This document shows positions 24,141-37,690 of a stretch of 64,000 bases of DNA, one piece after another. Positions within the stretch are counted from its first letter, which is position 1, and every line of letters begins with the position of its first letter. The notes under the pieces were generated by a model. It was not told the DNA's origin, did no database searches, and saw nothing but the letters and a program-made list of their open reading frames with translations. Made by a program: the position numbers and the translations under genes. The stretch comes from the human T2T-CHM13v2.0 reference genome, Homo sapiens: NCBI RefSeq assembly GCF_009914755.1, contig NC_060927.1; one strand, written 5' to 3'.

Positions 24141-27100
24141 TACTTGTGTATTATACACACAAGTAAATATATCCTTGTGTTTATAATATATAAATCTAAG
24201 TAATACATATACACATATATATAACATATTGTATATATTATATAAATATATACTATATATTTATAAGGTATTACCTATATAATAATATACAATTGATATT
24301 AGTTAAGTTTATATTATATATGAACTTTACAAGTTTATAATGTTATAAACATACATATGTAGCATTTGTATTTGAATACATGTTCAAAATATAATTTCAC
24401 AGAATTTTAATTATGTAAGCAAATCTGCTTATATTTGAATTCCCAGAAGTTATGGCACATGTGATTATCTTATTTTTACCTCAAAGCCTTACTTGTAGAG
24501 TAGAAAGTACCTTCTCTTGGTTCCTTTTGGAATTCCCTCATTTTATCCCGGTATACAGGTATAGTCTAAGCTCAGCATTTGGTGCTATGCTGGCTTTTCT
24601 GCCCAAATGCTATGAATTTAAGCTATGCATAGATATAAAATATGTGGTCATGTTTGAAGTTTGGTTCTTTACCAATCTTAGTTTAGACCTGAGTAATTTG
24701 GGAGCACAAGAAGCCAAAGAAATTTTTAATCTGCTAGAAGTGTCTTCAAGAATGGCAATTGTTAAGTATCCATTCAAAGAAAAACTGAGTATTCCTGGCA
24801 GATGGATGATATTTTAAATCCTCATAATTTATTTACTCTTATTTTAGCCATCATAAAAATTTTAGTGTATCAATTATACACAAAACTGAATATTAAAAGC
24901 CAGAGAAGAAACACGCTGACATGTACTTATTTTGAGCCCAGTCACCTCAAATTATAAACAAGTTCTATACTATGTCTGCACAAATGCACATGTATATTAC
25001 ATAGCCAAGTATTATGTAAATCAACAATTATCATTGCTGCACACATTATTTTCCTACAAACTCCAACATGATTTTCATAAACAACTGTTTCTCAAACATG
25101 ATGTTTAGAATTTCCCTCCCCAATGACCTCTGTTTATGAGCATATTATATACCTTTTCTTTCCATTGTAGTTATAAAGCAAAAGAGGCTACCTTGCAGAG
25201 TACATTTCTTCCTATCCTTCTTGCAGAAGATAATACACTGGTGGCATTTTCTGACTTTTCGGAATTTTTTTTTAATTTTTTCCTCAGTTTTGCTCTGGAT
25301 AGACTATAAATAATTAAAATTTGTTTCAGGGTATGTTTTTTTGGAATCTATCTTTTTTTAGACTCATAACTTGCATTTGGTCATTGAAAAAGTAAACATT
25401 TGAAAGAAAAAGAAAAGATCAGGAAATATGGAGAAACAAGTTGTGTTTCAAATGAAGTTTTCCATGCAGTTCTCTCTACCACCTGCCATAGAACATTTTA
25501 AGGAAACTCAGCTGACAGCAGAATTAGTGCCTCCCAAAGGTCCCAAATGTGCACAATGTCTTCCTTTATGACAGAACTCTCTTAATTGTCATTTCAGGTT
25601 GTTCAAAATGACAGGAATAAAACAGAAAACAAGAGTTTTGTGTGGAATAAGTATAGAGTTCATCATAGCTATTAAAAATTCTAATGACATGAAAGCCAAT
25701 TATTGTGAATTCAGGTGGTTATTCTGAATGTACTTAGGTACATGACAGTTGAGGTAAACATTTTGGCCCCAGACAGCTCCATTAATTAATTACTACTCAG
25801 GATTCTAAAGCTTGCTTAGCTACTTCAAGAGCTGCGTGGAATACTTATAAGATACATACTCAAGGCAAGTCCAGACAGGCAAACCAGGTACTTAATAACA
25901 TTTTTCCACATACTTGTTTGACTTTTACATATTAAAGCTCTGTACAAAATATTAAAAATATTTTACACCACCTTCCATTTTTCTCTATAGAGAAATGTAT
26001 ATAGAAAAATCTATAGCAACTTAAAATGAAAAAAAAAATAGTGTGTCTGAAGAGGGCAGCCTTTCCACAATTTCTTGGAATTGACTCCACTTAAATACAC
26101 ATTACACTGGGCAGCTAATTTTTTTTTTTCATTTAATGCTTGTGACTGCTTTTACATGTGCTGGTCCTAAATCTTACTCTCCAAAAATTAGGCTCAATTC
26201 TCCACTTCATGTCCCTCCTCCACGTTTTTTTTTTTTCCAGTTTCAATTTATGTAGGTGGCAACAATATTCTTCCAAACAGAAGTCTGTATTTGAAATAAT
26301 TAACTTTCCCCCAACTTACTAATGAGTATTTTAAGGGTATACAGTTGCTTTTTTAGATGAAGTTTTATAGAAGTTGTTCCTTCTTTTAATAATTATAAAA
26401 TCTTTAGTTTCTTTGGGGGAAAAATTGACATACTTTTCAAACTTTTCTACACCATTTATGCCCACAAGGATTAGCTATATGATCATTTTCAAGAAAGGTC
26501 ATATATGTGCTCTCTCTGACATACTCCATTCAGTCATAGAGCAAGACTTTAAACGTTTTCTACCTGTAAGCACACCCACCTTGAGAAGCATGCACACTGA
26601 GGGCAGTTTTTACCTGACAGTTAGCATGGAGGATGATTCATTGCTGGAGCTGTGGCTATGCTCTCCTCGGTACCTACGGCCAAATGGTCAAGTTGGAGCC
26701 TTGTTACAACTGCCAGTGGTTGGGTAGCTCATTGCAACTGAAGGGGAATCCGTTGCTACTTTTGCAGAGGAGAAGTTGGTCCTCCCATTTAGTTTTATGC
26801 TGAAGGTAAAGAGGTGAGAGGAAATCCCAGGATGACAGTGGAGGGCTGCGCAGTGTCTCTGGACATGTTCTTATAGGGGAAAACTTGGGAGTTTCATGTC
26901 TCTCTGTGATTAGGGATAGAAAGAAGGATCTCTAATTTTTTGAGGTGTTAATTAAAACACACTTAAAATTCAGCAAATGCCTCTACCACTTTCAATCTTT
27001 GAAAAGCTTTGTGGATTATAGTGCATTGGTAGCATTTAAGTCCAGGGAGGTCTGACTCTCCTGAGAATTCATATGGCTTTGAGGAAAATGTGATTGGGTT

Positions 27101-27391
27101 GGAATCCTGGTTAGGGGCAGCTACATTCCCAGAAACTGTGTTCTAGCTAGCCTGTGGCCAGATCCTTCCCATTTAATATTGTCCTCTGTATGACAGCAAT
27201 ATTATGAAAACACCTTGATAATATATAATGTGACATATGAATATTTAAAGACTCATGTATTCCTGGAAAGTATGACTTTAGTTCAACCTTCTCAATTTAT
27301 AGATGAGTAGAAATGACTTGATTAATGCCACATAATTAGTCTCAGATCTAAAAGAAACAAAACGTTCCCAGATTTCTTTTCATATACCTTA

Positions 27392-27485
27392 TATGGTAGG
27401 CAGCCTCCAAGATGGCCTCCAATACCTGCCTCCTGGTATTAATACCTTGGTGTAGTCAACTCCCACATTGTACCGGGATTGGTTT
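27392..27485 (+). mobile_element. MLT1E/F LTR 5' fragment
   Basis: tggtaggcagcctccaagatggcctccaatacctgcctcctggtatt. Confidence 0.7.
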
Positions 27486-27660
27486 TCTTGGCAACAATTG
27501 CCTGCAATCATGGGTGACTAATGAGGAAATTCAAGATTTCTTTTGTTTAAAAGAACTCTGACAATGCCTGACACCACTACATGTGTTTTACAAGTTTCCA
27601 AAACACTTGCTAGAAAATCTTCAATCCACAAATCCAGCCAGTGGAATCAACTTTGAGTTT

Positions 27661-27973
27661 GGTTTTTGTTTATTTATATTTTTTTGGAGACAGAGTCTCT
27701 GTTGCCCAGGCTGGAGGAAAAGTGGCACCGTCATGGCTCATACCAGCCTCAGATTCCTGGGCTCAAGAAGTCCTATCTCCTCAGCCTCCTGAGTAGCTGG
27801 AACTATAGGTGTGCACCACTACACCCAGCTAATATTATTATTATTTTTGTTTTTTTGTAGAGACAGCATCTTGCTATGTTGCTCAGGGTGGTTTCAAACT
27901 CCTGGCCTCAAGTAATCCTCACCTTGGCCTCCCAAAGTGCTGAAATTATATGCATAAGCCACTGTGCCCATCC
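27661..27973 (-). mobile_element. AluJ
   Basis: Diverged Alu dimer with AluJ-type tcctgggctcaag and ttgctatgttgc; TSD ca(a/g)ctttgagttt at 27648-27660 and 27974-27986. Confidence 0.93.
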
Positions 27974-28628
27974 CAGCTTTGAGTTTTAAATTCTAGATAT
28001 GCTAGTGTCTTGACATTTTCTGGAGGTAGTGATCCAATATGATGATTTTTACTTCACAAATTCCCAAAGTAGTGACCAATTCTCAAGTGGGAGTAGACCT
28101 AGGAAAATGTGGCAAGCAGTCACTCAATCAATCCTCCATAAAGAAGTCGCAAACCAAACACTTTTTAAGTTTTCTATCTTTGAAACTATCCTCTTTAAGA
28201 AAGTTAAGATATTACTTAAAGTCTTCATTGATACTCCAAGTTCCAAACCAGTACTCTGAAGATTTAGGGTCAAATTGTTCAGACTGATATGTTCAGGCTG
28301 ATATGTACTACAAATTAGATAACTCACTTACTCAGGTGTGTTCTAAGGAAGACCAGTTCCCTGAGATGTTTAATAGGTATTCAATAAGTAAATAAGTTGA
28401 GATAAAGAGGGAAGAAGAAGATAAGTAAATAGGTTCACTCGACAAATAACATTGGGAAACTGGGTTTAACACATTGATCCATGAATAGGTCTTTGAATCA
28501 GAAATTCTCAGCGCCTTTTATATGCTAAAATGTCCAGAAATTCCTCAAGAGAGCAGTGTCCTCTGTGTTAGCTTTCCTGCTTTCCTCATACCCCAACATA
28601 CAAGAGAGAGATAAGAACACTATATAAA

Positions 28629-28820
28629 CAGCAACCTGTGGGCCAGATCTGACCCAAGAATGATTTTGCAAATAAAGTTTTATTGGAATACGGCCACACT
28701 CATTTGTTTGCATATTGTCTATGGCTGCAAATTTGAGGAATTGTGAAAGAGACCATATGGCTCATAAAGCCTAAAATATTTACTCTAGGCCCCCTTAAAG
28801 AAAAATTTTGCTGAGTCCTG
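28629..28820. mobile_element. MER58A, nested in an older hAT element (about 28330-28930)
   Basis: aaataaagttttattggaatacggccacactcatttgtttgcatattgtctatggctgc...gagaccatatggctcataaagcctaaaatatttact. Confidence 0.88.
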
Positions 28821-29483
28821 AATCGGAACGTTTAGAAAGTGTAGTATTGCCTGAAACTGACCAAAGAACCATATTTCAGTAGTCCATTCTGTGGGTCCAA
28901 TTTCTGTACAACACAGTTTGGGAAACAGTGAGTCAGCTCAAGCTTTCCTTATGGATGCTGTGTATGCCTCACCTTCTCTTGTTAGCTTGAAAACAGGAGT
29001 CCCTACACTGCCCTGCTATGGAGCTGGTAGAGGAGGATTTCTGATTCTCTGAGACATGGTCTGGCAGATTGAGCCCTGTAGCTAAAGTGAGTCAGTTCAT
29101 TTTTGTAAGATGCAGCAAGATCAAGTTGAGTTAATAACAGGAAGCTTATTTATTTACTGAGCATCCTGTTCGCTCTTTTTAGTTTTGTGCAGAAAGGGAG
29201 CTGGAGGTTACCTTGTGCTCACGTCTTCGGGGACTTATGGCTGGTTCTGTCTCCTTGAAGAAAGTGACTGCAAGACATGTTAAATAACAATTCAAAAATT
29301 CAGGGAATTAATTTTTCTGGAAAGACCTAAAGGGGGAAAAATCCTGAAACTCCTGTTTTCTGTGTTTCAAAAGAATAATGTCTTTCTTTCCCCTAGGAAT
29401 GATTCACTGGATGCTATAGGCTTTCTACAGACTTTTACTTGTACCACAGTTAAAGGTGAATAGTGTTTCTGCGAATAAGGTTC

Positions 29484-29946
29484 ATGAGTTATCTGTTGCT
29501 GTAGATAACAAATTACCTTAAGAATTAGCAGCCTTAAGCAACATTATCTTACATAGTTTCTGAGTGTAGATTGGGTAGCTGGCTCCAGCACAGTGTCCCT
29601 TTTACGGCTACAGTCAAGCCATTAGCTAGTGCTACAGTCTCAGAAGACTTGATAGGCTAGAGTATCAGCTTTTAAGCTCACGCATGTGGTTGTTTATAGG
29701 AGGCTTTAATTCCTCACCATATGGGACTCCTCATAGGGTGACCCATGTTGTAGCTTTTCCCAGAGTAAATGATAGAGAGCGTACCCAAGGTGAAAACCTT
29801 AGTCTCTTCTCTCCTGGTCTAGGAAATGACATACTATCATTTTTACAGTATTTTATTGGTCGAATAATATGGGAGGGGCCTACAGAGAGGTGTGAATACC
29901 AGAAAGCAGCGGTCATTGGAGGGCACCTTAGAGCCTGGGTCCCACA
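29484..29946 (-). mobile_element. MaLR solo LTR (MLT1F-like)
   Basis: agttatctgttgctgtagataacaaattacc...ggtgtgaataccagaaagcagcggtcattggagggcaccttagag. Confidence 0.8.
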
Positions 29947-30059
29947 TTCTGGTTATTTAAAGCAGTCTCTGCGATGAAACCTCTTAGCCTTTACCTCTTC
30001 CGTCTGGCTTAGGATACTGAAAGCCCAAGGCTAGCAAGTTGGGCCTAACATCTTACATG

Positions 30060-30320
30060 TGCCTAAAGTCAACCCTGCACATGTAAGACCATTGATAGCC
30101 CACAGGGCACCTTTTTGTAAATGAGAAAAAGGTACCCTTCCCAAGATATTTTACTTCCACCGGTTGGACAATTGTCCTAATATGCCAATTTTATTACAGC
30201 AAGGCACTTTACAACTGCTGGAAGAGTGTTGTAATATACCAAGGTATAATTTTTTTATGTTGTGAATGGCTCCCTCATGCAGTACACAACATGCACAGCC
30301 TGTGTATGCTATGGTCTTGG
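30060..30320. mobile_element. hAT-Tip100 MITE (MER91-like)
   Basis: gggcacctttttgtaaatgagaaaaaggtaccc and tgcagtacacaacatgcacagcctgtgtatg. Confidence 0.45.
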
Positions 30321-30429
30321 CATATGGATTCTAGCTAACTGTACATTTAAAACAGCTAAGTACAATGACTGCCACATCTTGACCACAGTCTTTCTAGAAT
30401 CTTCCAAATGGGCTTGATCTCTCACAGTG

Positions 30430-30915
30430 CACCCATAACACTTAAGAATTAGGGCAGTTATATGCCCTTAGTAATTACATATTCTTCCTTATAGTAGAGT
30501 TATGTATGTGTTAACCTCCCTCACTTAACTGTAACCTCTTTGAGGGTAAGAACTGAGTCTCTTCATTCATTATTTCATTCATCTCATATATACTGAGACA
30601 TCGTTACTGGTAAAAGTGATGGTTAAAAAAAGGGTAACCCCGGTCTCCTGGTACTTAGATTCTCATGTAGGACATGAACAATGTCAAATAAAACAAATAT
30701 GCGAACAAGATAATTTCGAATAGTGATAGGTTCTGTTAAAAAATTATGACACGGTAATAGGATAAAGACTGATGACATTAGGCTTACTTGTTCTTTGGGG
30801 CAGAGTGGGAGGAGGAAGAGGTAAAAACCTCTCAGAGGAGAACCCCAGCATCCTTGTAACCCCTGTTGCTAACAGAGTACCTTGCAGATACTAGATATGG
30901 AACAAAATTGTTGTA
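30430..30915. mobile_element. L2 fragments (a plus-strand 3' end interrupted by a minus-strand L2 at about 30565-30840)
   Basis: aactgtaacctctttgagggtaagaactgagtc ... ttgtaacccctgttgctaacagagtacc, flanking cattcattatttcattcat... Confidence 0.55.
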
Positions 30916-31269
30916 AAGTTAAAGTGAAGTGGGGTTCAAAGAACAAGCAAATAAAAACTCGGCAAGGAACATTTGGATTTCAGTAAATATGTGCCATATT
31001 TTAACTCCTAGAGGAAGATGGAGTCTCTGTTATTCCACATCTGCTTTTTATAAGCAAAGCACAAAGGCTTGGTTAGGTCTCCTTAAATAAGACTCATTTA
31101 TTTCTCCTCTCTCACTGGAAAATAAGTAAAACCAAGAGGCAAAATCTACTGAACATAGTTACCAAATCAATCTTTACTGGTTAATTGTATTGAGATTTTC
31201 TCCCTTTTATATTTGTGCTGAGGCTAGCTTAGATTTATTTTATTTTGCATTTTGTATTGGAATGAGGCA

Positions 31270-31640
31270 CAATGAGTAACTTGTCCAGTTGCAGATTTCG
31301 GAAGGAGGAACGTGGAGATTTCGGAGGCAGTCCAGAGGAGGGCAGTGAAATGGCTGAAAGTCTGGAAACTAGGGCTCACTGAGAAAGGTTAAATAAAACG
31401 GATTGATGTAATCATGAGAAAAATGCCAAAGGATGCTTGGCATTAAAAAGAGATAAAGAATATGTGAGCTGCTTGTCATAGCTTTAATGATCTGGGGCTT
31501 TATTAAAACTGGAAAGATTTAGGTCAGCTTTTATGTAGCATGTCTTTCCCAATTGTTGGAAGAGTCTCCATAGTGTTAAGAATGTGATGGAACTCCTTGG
31601 CTTAGTGAAATGAATCTAGAGTTCTTGCGTTTCATAACTG
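31270..31640 (+). mobile_element. CR1/L3 LINE ORF2 3' fragment
   Basis: gtccagaggagggcagtgaaatggctgaaagtctggaaact...gagaaaggttaa reads VQRRAVK(M)..LET...ERL, matching the CR1 motif VQRRATKMxxGLExxxYEERL. Confidence 0.7.
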
Positions 31641-33204
31641 AGCTAGATAATTTATTATTAAAATGAGAGAAATTAGTTCATAATTGTGTTTATAAAGGAT
31701 GGGGAGGGTAAAGATTGTTTCTTATATATCTCCTGGACACTAACTGCATAGGCTCTCCATAAATGCTGAAGATTTATTGGTATAGCAACACATATTGGAA
31801 TATTTGTTCCAGAATATCACAGCTATAATGAGGAAATCTTGCCATTCTTTTAATAGCAAAGCTGATAAAGAAAGTCCAGAACTTCACTCCACCTTCTTTT
31901 TCCTTATCAGTTTCCTTTTTCTTAGTTTGCCTAGTATGAGTACTTGTGGCTTGTGTAGCTACTTATTATTTAGGTGAACATGGGTAGAGTCTTACTACTT
32001 ATAGTTAACAAAGTCTCTTACCCTGGAAGAATAATTTTTAAGTCAGCTATCCATATCTTGCTTATTAAAAATGTCACTGCTGTCTAGGTCATTTGCTCTT
32101 TTGGTGTTGTTTCTTGCATGATTCACTTCATTGGAGTTGGAAATATGTTTTTCCAGCTGAAATTAAAATCCCAAAACTTATGCCATCCAGAGTTCAGTTT
32201 GCCTGAGCAAACCATGTTGGATCCTGGATCATATTTGTCAATTACTTTTTATGCTAAGATGTTAAATGCAGATGTTCAGTTGGCACCTTTCAACACTATT
32301 TATTGGTTTTTCATTTTTCTTTCTTCAAATATGCTCAAGGCTTAATGTAGTAATACCAGGAAAAGCTCCAGTTACTGAAAAATATACATGTTCCCAAGGT
32401 TCCTTATCTTATGGTGATTGGCAACTAGATTTGGGAGAAGCTGGCCAAGCAAAGGACAGTTGTGGGATGGAGTACAGCGGCTGCCTGGTTGGCTGGCAGT
32501 CTCGCTGCAGCAGCTGGCATTGTTCCTCAACTCTAAATTGCCATTGAATTTGGTCTGTGTTCCAGACTTTGCGCAACACTTCCTCTTTTTCCTTTGTTTA
32601 ACAGAACACCCTGTTAAAAAAGATCTTCCTAATAGCACTCTCTGCATGCTTTGTCACCAAAATGTTCTACACTCTCTTACTCCTGTATTCCCTGTATGAT
32701 ATAAAGTACTTGGATTTCCACAAGCTTTACCAGCCCGAAGAAGGGAAAGAGAAGATTCAAAGTAGTGTAAACATTTTAATCTCAATATTTCTTCGATTTC
32801 TAGTTCCTCCTAGCTTTTGTAGATCATTTAGTTCTTTCAAAGTTATTCCACAGTATTCCTGAGACTTCTCATGCAGTACAACATGTGCCCATTAACCAAC
32901 ACTGTCGACTTTAAAGTGGTAACTGTCATTTTCATTATTTCTTACCCTAGCAACTTCAGCAAATGATATTTTCTAAGAAGCCATATTGTAGAGCTCCCCA
33001 TGCTGATATTTTGAAGTCTAGGCCAATGGTGCTACACTTGCTAAGAAATTACAGAAGCTATGGGGGGCTCTCAAGCTTCACCATTTTTAATGCATACTTG
33101 CCTTCAAGAATGCCATTTCCATCACCACTGTCCCTATTGAAGCTGTCTCCTGTTGATATATGCCAAAGGTAAATAGGGTTGTTTACCTGAAGCTGTTAAT
33201 TAAT

Positions 33205-33490
33205 TAGTTTGATGTTCACTGGGAACTTACTAAATTCCAGGCACAGGCATGGCTGGTTACAGGAGTAAATAAGACCCAGCCCCAGCTGTCACTCCCACCT
33301 CTTACCATAGGTTTGTGAATGTGTACTCTAAAGAGGGAGCTGCATTTAGAAGGCAATTCTAAGACAGTGTGATAAGAATTTTGATAAGGGGTAAGCACGG
33401 ATGTGTTGGAAACAGATCAGAAGGGCAGCAGCCATTCTTGATATTAGGGGTTTTCCCAGGGAGGTGAAGTGGGCTGGGGTATCTAAACTA
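33205..33490 (-). mobile_element. L2 fragment
   Basis: acttactaaattccaggcacagg...gagtaaataagacccagcc...agacagtgtgataag...ttttcccagggaggtga. Confidence 0.6.
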
Positions 33491-33744
33491 AAGCCCTTGC
33501 TCAACCATTTAATTGGCTTGTGGTTCAAGGTTCAATCTATATCAGTAGATTAAAAATCAGATTCTTTTTTCCCAAGCGATTTCCCACAGTTTCCTGAAAT
33601 ACCTCTCTGGAGTTTGAGTGTTCAATTTATCTGCTTAGAGAAAATTGTTATCAATAATATCCCTGGGACCTTGTCCTTCAGTGAATACATGTGGCTGTAG
33701 AAGGATGTGTTGGGATTATTCTGGAATTTTTCTTTGCTCCTAAA

Positions 33745-33898
33745 ATTTAGTATGAATCAATTGAAGAGCCTCTTAAAAATGCAAATTGCTGGATCCTACT
33801 CCCAGAGATTTGTAAATTCCTGGGGTCAGATAATTTGCATTTTCAACCAGCATGCCTCATTATTCTGATCTGGGCACTGCTCTTTGATTAACCACTGG
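33745..33898. mobile_element. MER5-family MITE
   Basis: ttaaaaatgcaaattgctggatcctactcccagagatt...atttgcattttcaaccagc...aaccactg. Confidence 0.65.
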
Positions 33899-35649
33899 CT
33901 GCTAAGAACACTAGTAGGAGTAAAATTAGGATATAAACAATTTTTTAGCTAGTTTGTCAGTTAATTTTATTTTTGTCTAAGCTGACACCCAAACCACATA
34001 TTATGGGTAGTTTTTTTTTTTTTCAAAAACACATCAAAGAAACCCAACCAGATATTATGATTTGTGATATGAGATTGATTTTTTTAGTAGTCATATCCAT
34101 GAGAGATACCACGTAATTCTGAACATTATGTCCTTAAGCTTATAATTAATGTTGGTCAGTTATTTTGTTGTTAAACTACTGCCTTTTACATTTGTACTTA
34201 GCACTAGAAAGGACATGAAGTATGTGAATGATGGTAGATGCAATTACCATTATAAAGTTGATAATACTTGAGTCAATGCTGAAATGCAGTGTGACCTTTA
34301 GGAAAATGTTACGTGTGGGCATGGAAGTATTGTGACACTTCTTAGGAGAGACGGAAGTGCATTTCATATTGAGTTATGATTGCAATCAAATCCACAAGTG
34401 CCCATCTTTTGCCCTTCCCATTTCAAGATTACTTGATAACTTGGATCATATGCTGCAGGCCACACATCTCACTTTTCTTTAAAATATGTTTTGAATGTCA
34501 GCACTTGTATCTTGACTTTGATTACTGTAATTTTATTTTGATTTTAAAAAAAGCCAAAGCTTTGTTTTTCTGATAGTGAAGGTAAAATTTATAGTTACAA
34601 TTTCAAAAATCCATATTGTGGCTTTAAACAATGATGAGATATGTTCTCAAAACATAATGCCTCAAAAATTAGTCTGATAGTGAATTCCAAAATCTTATGA
34701 TTTAGGGAGACTTAGAGAGTCTTTGCTAAAGCCCAGATTACTGGGCTGGAAAACCAGCTCACAGTCTCTTTCTAAAAATTCAGGGAAGCTGGAATCTGTT
34801 AAACTATGCAGTTAAGGGGCTATTTTGAATTATTAACATTTCCTAGTTAACTGGGGTTTAAGACCACATTTCTTTGGTATTTTTAAAAACAATATTGAAA
34901 GGAATCTAATCTTTCCATGGAAATTCAGTGTTGCCACTATATTAGTAATCATTTAAACACTCTAAAAGTGTAGAATCATTAAATTGTACAGATTTGGGGC
35001 TGGGTTAATTAGCCTGAGGACCATTTAATTTAACCTTATTTCACAATTAGGAAAATGAATATCAGAGAAGGTACACGATCATTTAGTGGCAGAGTCTGAT
35101 ACATCTGAGGTTCATTCCTGTTGTGTCTCGCTAATGAAATACGGTTAAGCTTTTGGTTTAACTTTTAGCTACTACCTTGTTAGTTCTTCCTTTATCCGTA
35201 TTAAAAACCAAAATACTTTCTCACACTTTGTGCTAGGGTCCAATCTCATTAGCCTCAGTGGTGGAGGGAGGGATTGGGAAGGCCTGAGAGTTAAACCCAG
35301 CCCTGCCTTCTCAGATGGGCAGATGCTAGAGGAAAGTCGAATCGAGCCGGCAGAACACAGCATTTACCCACCATGCCAACCTCTCTGTGGCAGAGTTTCA
35401 GGAAAGCTGTCAGAATCAGCAAAGCCCAGCACAGAATTACATAGGAATCCTGAAAGGCAGATGGAACGCAGTGATGGTGAATACAAGAATTGGCAGTACG
35501 GTATTGGTCTATTGATCATTTTCCAAGCACACGAAGCGCTTTCACATCTTCATGCCTCTGTCATTCTGTTCTTTCTGCCTAAAGCACCCACAAGTTTCTG
35601 ATGAATCAAATTCCTATAATTTGACTCTTAATTTGAATGAGAGACGAGA

Positions 35650-36105
35650 GTATATCATTAAACTCTGCAACTAACAGAAAATGTGATTATGGTCATTTAC
35701 ACAAGGAGGATTTAGGCAAAAGTAGCAGCCTGAAGCTTTGCTTCAGCTGGTCAACAAGATTAGGGGCAGCCTGTCTGCTCTGCTCTTGGCTTTTTCCTCG
35801 TGGTTACAGAATGATTGCTCTAGCTCTGTGTAGCATATCTGCATTTAGAGAGGGAGAAGAATGATGGGATGGTGCATGCCTTCTCCTTTCCCTCTCACCA
35901 GGAAAACAAAGAGTTTTCTAGAACTCCCCCCAGAAGAATTATACTCATGTCTCATTGGCCAGAGCTGTGCCATGTTACCATTCCTAGAGAGAAGGAATGC
36001 TGAGAAACTGAGTAGTCAGCTTTCTGGTCTCTATGATGGAAGCAGACACCAAAAAATGGTGTCAAGAATGGTTTTAGATGAGCTTGTGGCATTGTACAAG
36101 CCCAC
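35650..36105 (-). mobile_element. MaLR solo LTR (MLT1K/L-like)
   Basis: ctcatgtctcattggccagagctgtgccatgttaccattccta...aaggaatgctgagaaa. Confidence 0.65.
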
Positions 36106-36278
36106 AGAGGTGATAGCAATGATGTAGTCAGGTCTTTCCTAAGATGAAGGATCTCTTTATAACAAAAATATAACTGAATCTCAAACAACCTCGTTTATTA
36201 ACTTGCACATTTGTATACCAGTTTTGTTTCAAGTGGAAACCTATAATAATGTGGCTTCTTTTCTGCTTGTTGAATTAA

Positions 36279-36542
<264 letters not shown>

Positions 36543-36639
36543 AATTAATACTTTATATGTGCAAAGATCTTTACCAAATGCTTCGTATCTATTATATTTG
36601 AGCCTCACAAAAATCCTGTGATATAAAAATTATTATTCC

Positions 36640-36963
36640 GGCCGGGCACAGTGGCTCACGCCTGTAATCCCAACACTTTGGGAGCCCAAGGCAGGCGGAT
36701 CATGACATCAGGAGATCGAGACCATACTGGCCAACATGGTGAAACACTGTCTCCACTAAAATAAAACAACAACAACAACAACAACAAACAGGCATGGTGG
36801 CGTGCACCTGTAGTCCCAGCAACTTGGGAAGCTGAGGCAGGGGAATCGGTTGAACCCTAAAGGTAAAGGTTGCAGTGGGCCGAGATCGGAGATTGCACCA
36901 CTGTCCTCTAGCCTGGTGATAGAGCGAGTCTCCATAGCAAAAAAAAGTTAAAAAATAATAAAT
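36640..36963 (+). mobile_element. AluS (AluSc-like) with (CAA)n in the middle linker, inserted in a MIR (about 36560-37095, -)
   Basis: ggccgggcacagtggctcacgcctgtaatcc...; TSD aaaattatta(t/c)tcc at 36626-36639 and 36964-36977. Confidence 0.95.
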
Positions 36964-37394
36964 AAAATTATTACTCCTGTGTCATAGAAGAAAAAACTGA
37001 TGCAGAGAGAGCTTGGGTGACTTGTACCACATAAAATAACTTATACAAACTGAGACTTGAATGCGTGTATTTTGACTCTAGTATCCATATTATTATATTT
37101 GCTGAGGAGAATGTTTTAAAAGAAATAAAAGGGAAAGATTAAGTTCAGACGGAATTTAAGATGTGTTCATTTTTGGAGCTGTAGACACTGAGTAAATAAT
37201 TTGTTTAAAGAAACATGAAGTGTATTCCGCTTGTATGACAGCAGGAATTTTTTTTTTCTCCTCAGAGAACTTCAGCCAACAAGTCTTCAGGTGCTCCTTC
37301 CTATAGCAGATGGTCCAGTTCACAGCCACATCAGGTAATAGGCTCTTTTTAAGAAACTTGACATGCTTGTTTTCCTTGAAGTGCACTTGAACTG

Positions 37395-37396
37395 TC

Positions 37397-37464
<68 letters not shown>

Positions 37465-37468
37465 TCCT

Positions 37469-37499
<31 letters not shown>

Positions 37500-37690
37500 C
37501 TTTCTTTCTTTCTCTTTCTTTCTTTCCTTCTTTCTTTCTTTTTCTTTCTTTCTCTCTTTCTCTTTCTTTCTCTTTCTCTCTCTCTCTCTCTCTTTCTCTT
37601 TTTCTTTCTCTCTCTCTCTCTTTCTCTCTCTTTTTCTCTCTCTCTTTCTCTTTCTCTCTTTTTCTGTCTCTTTCTCCCTTTCTTTCTTTT
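37395..37690. repeat. (TTTC)n/(CT)n polypyrimidine tract, about 295 bp
   Basis: Seen directly; a single purine at 37666. Confidence 0.98.
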
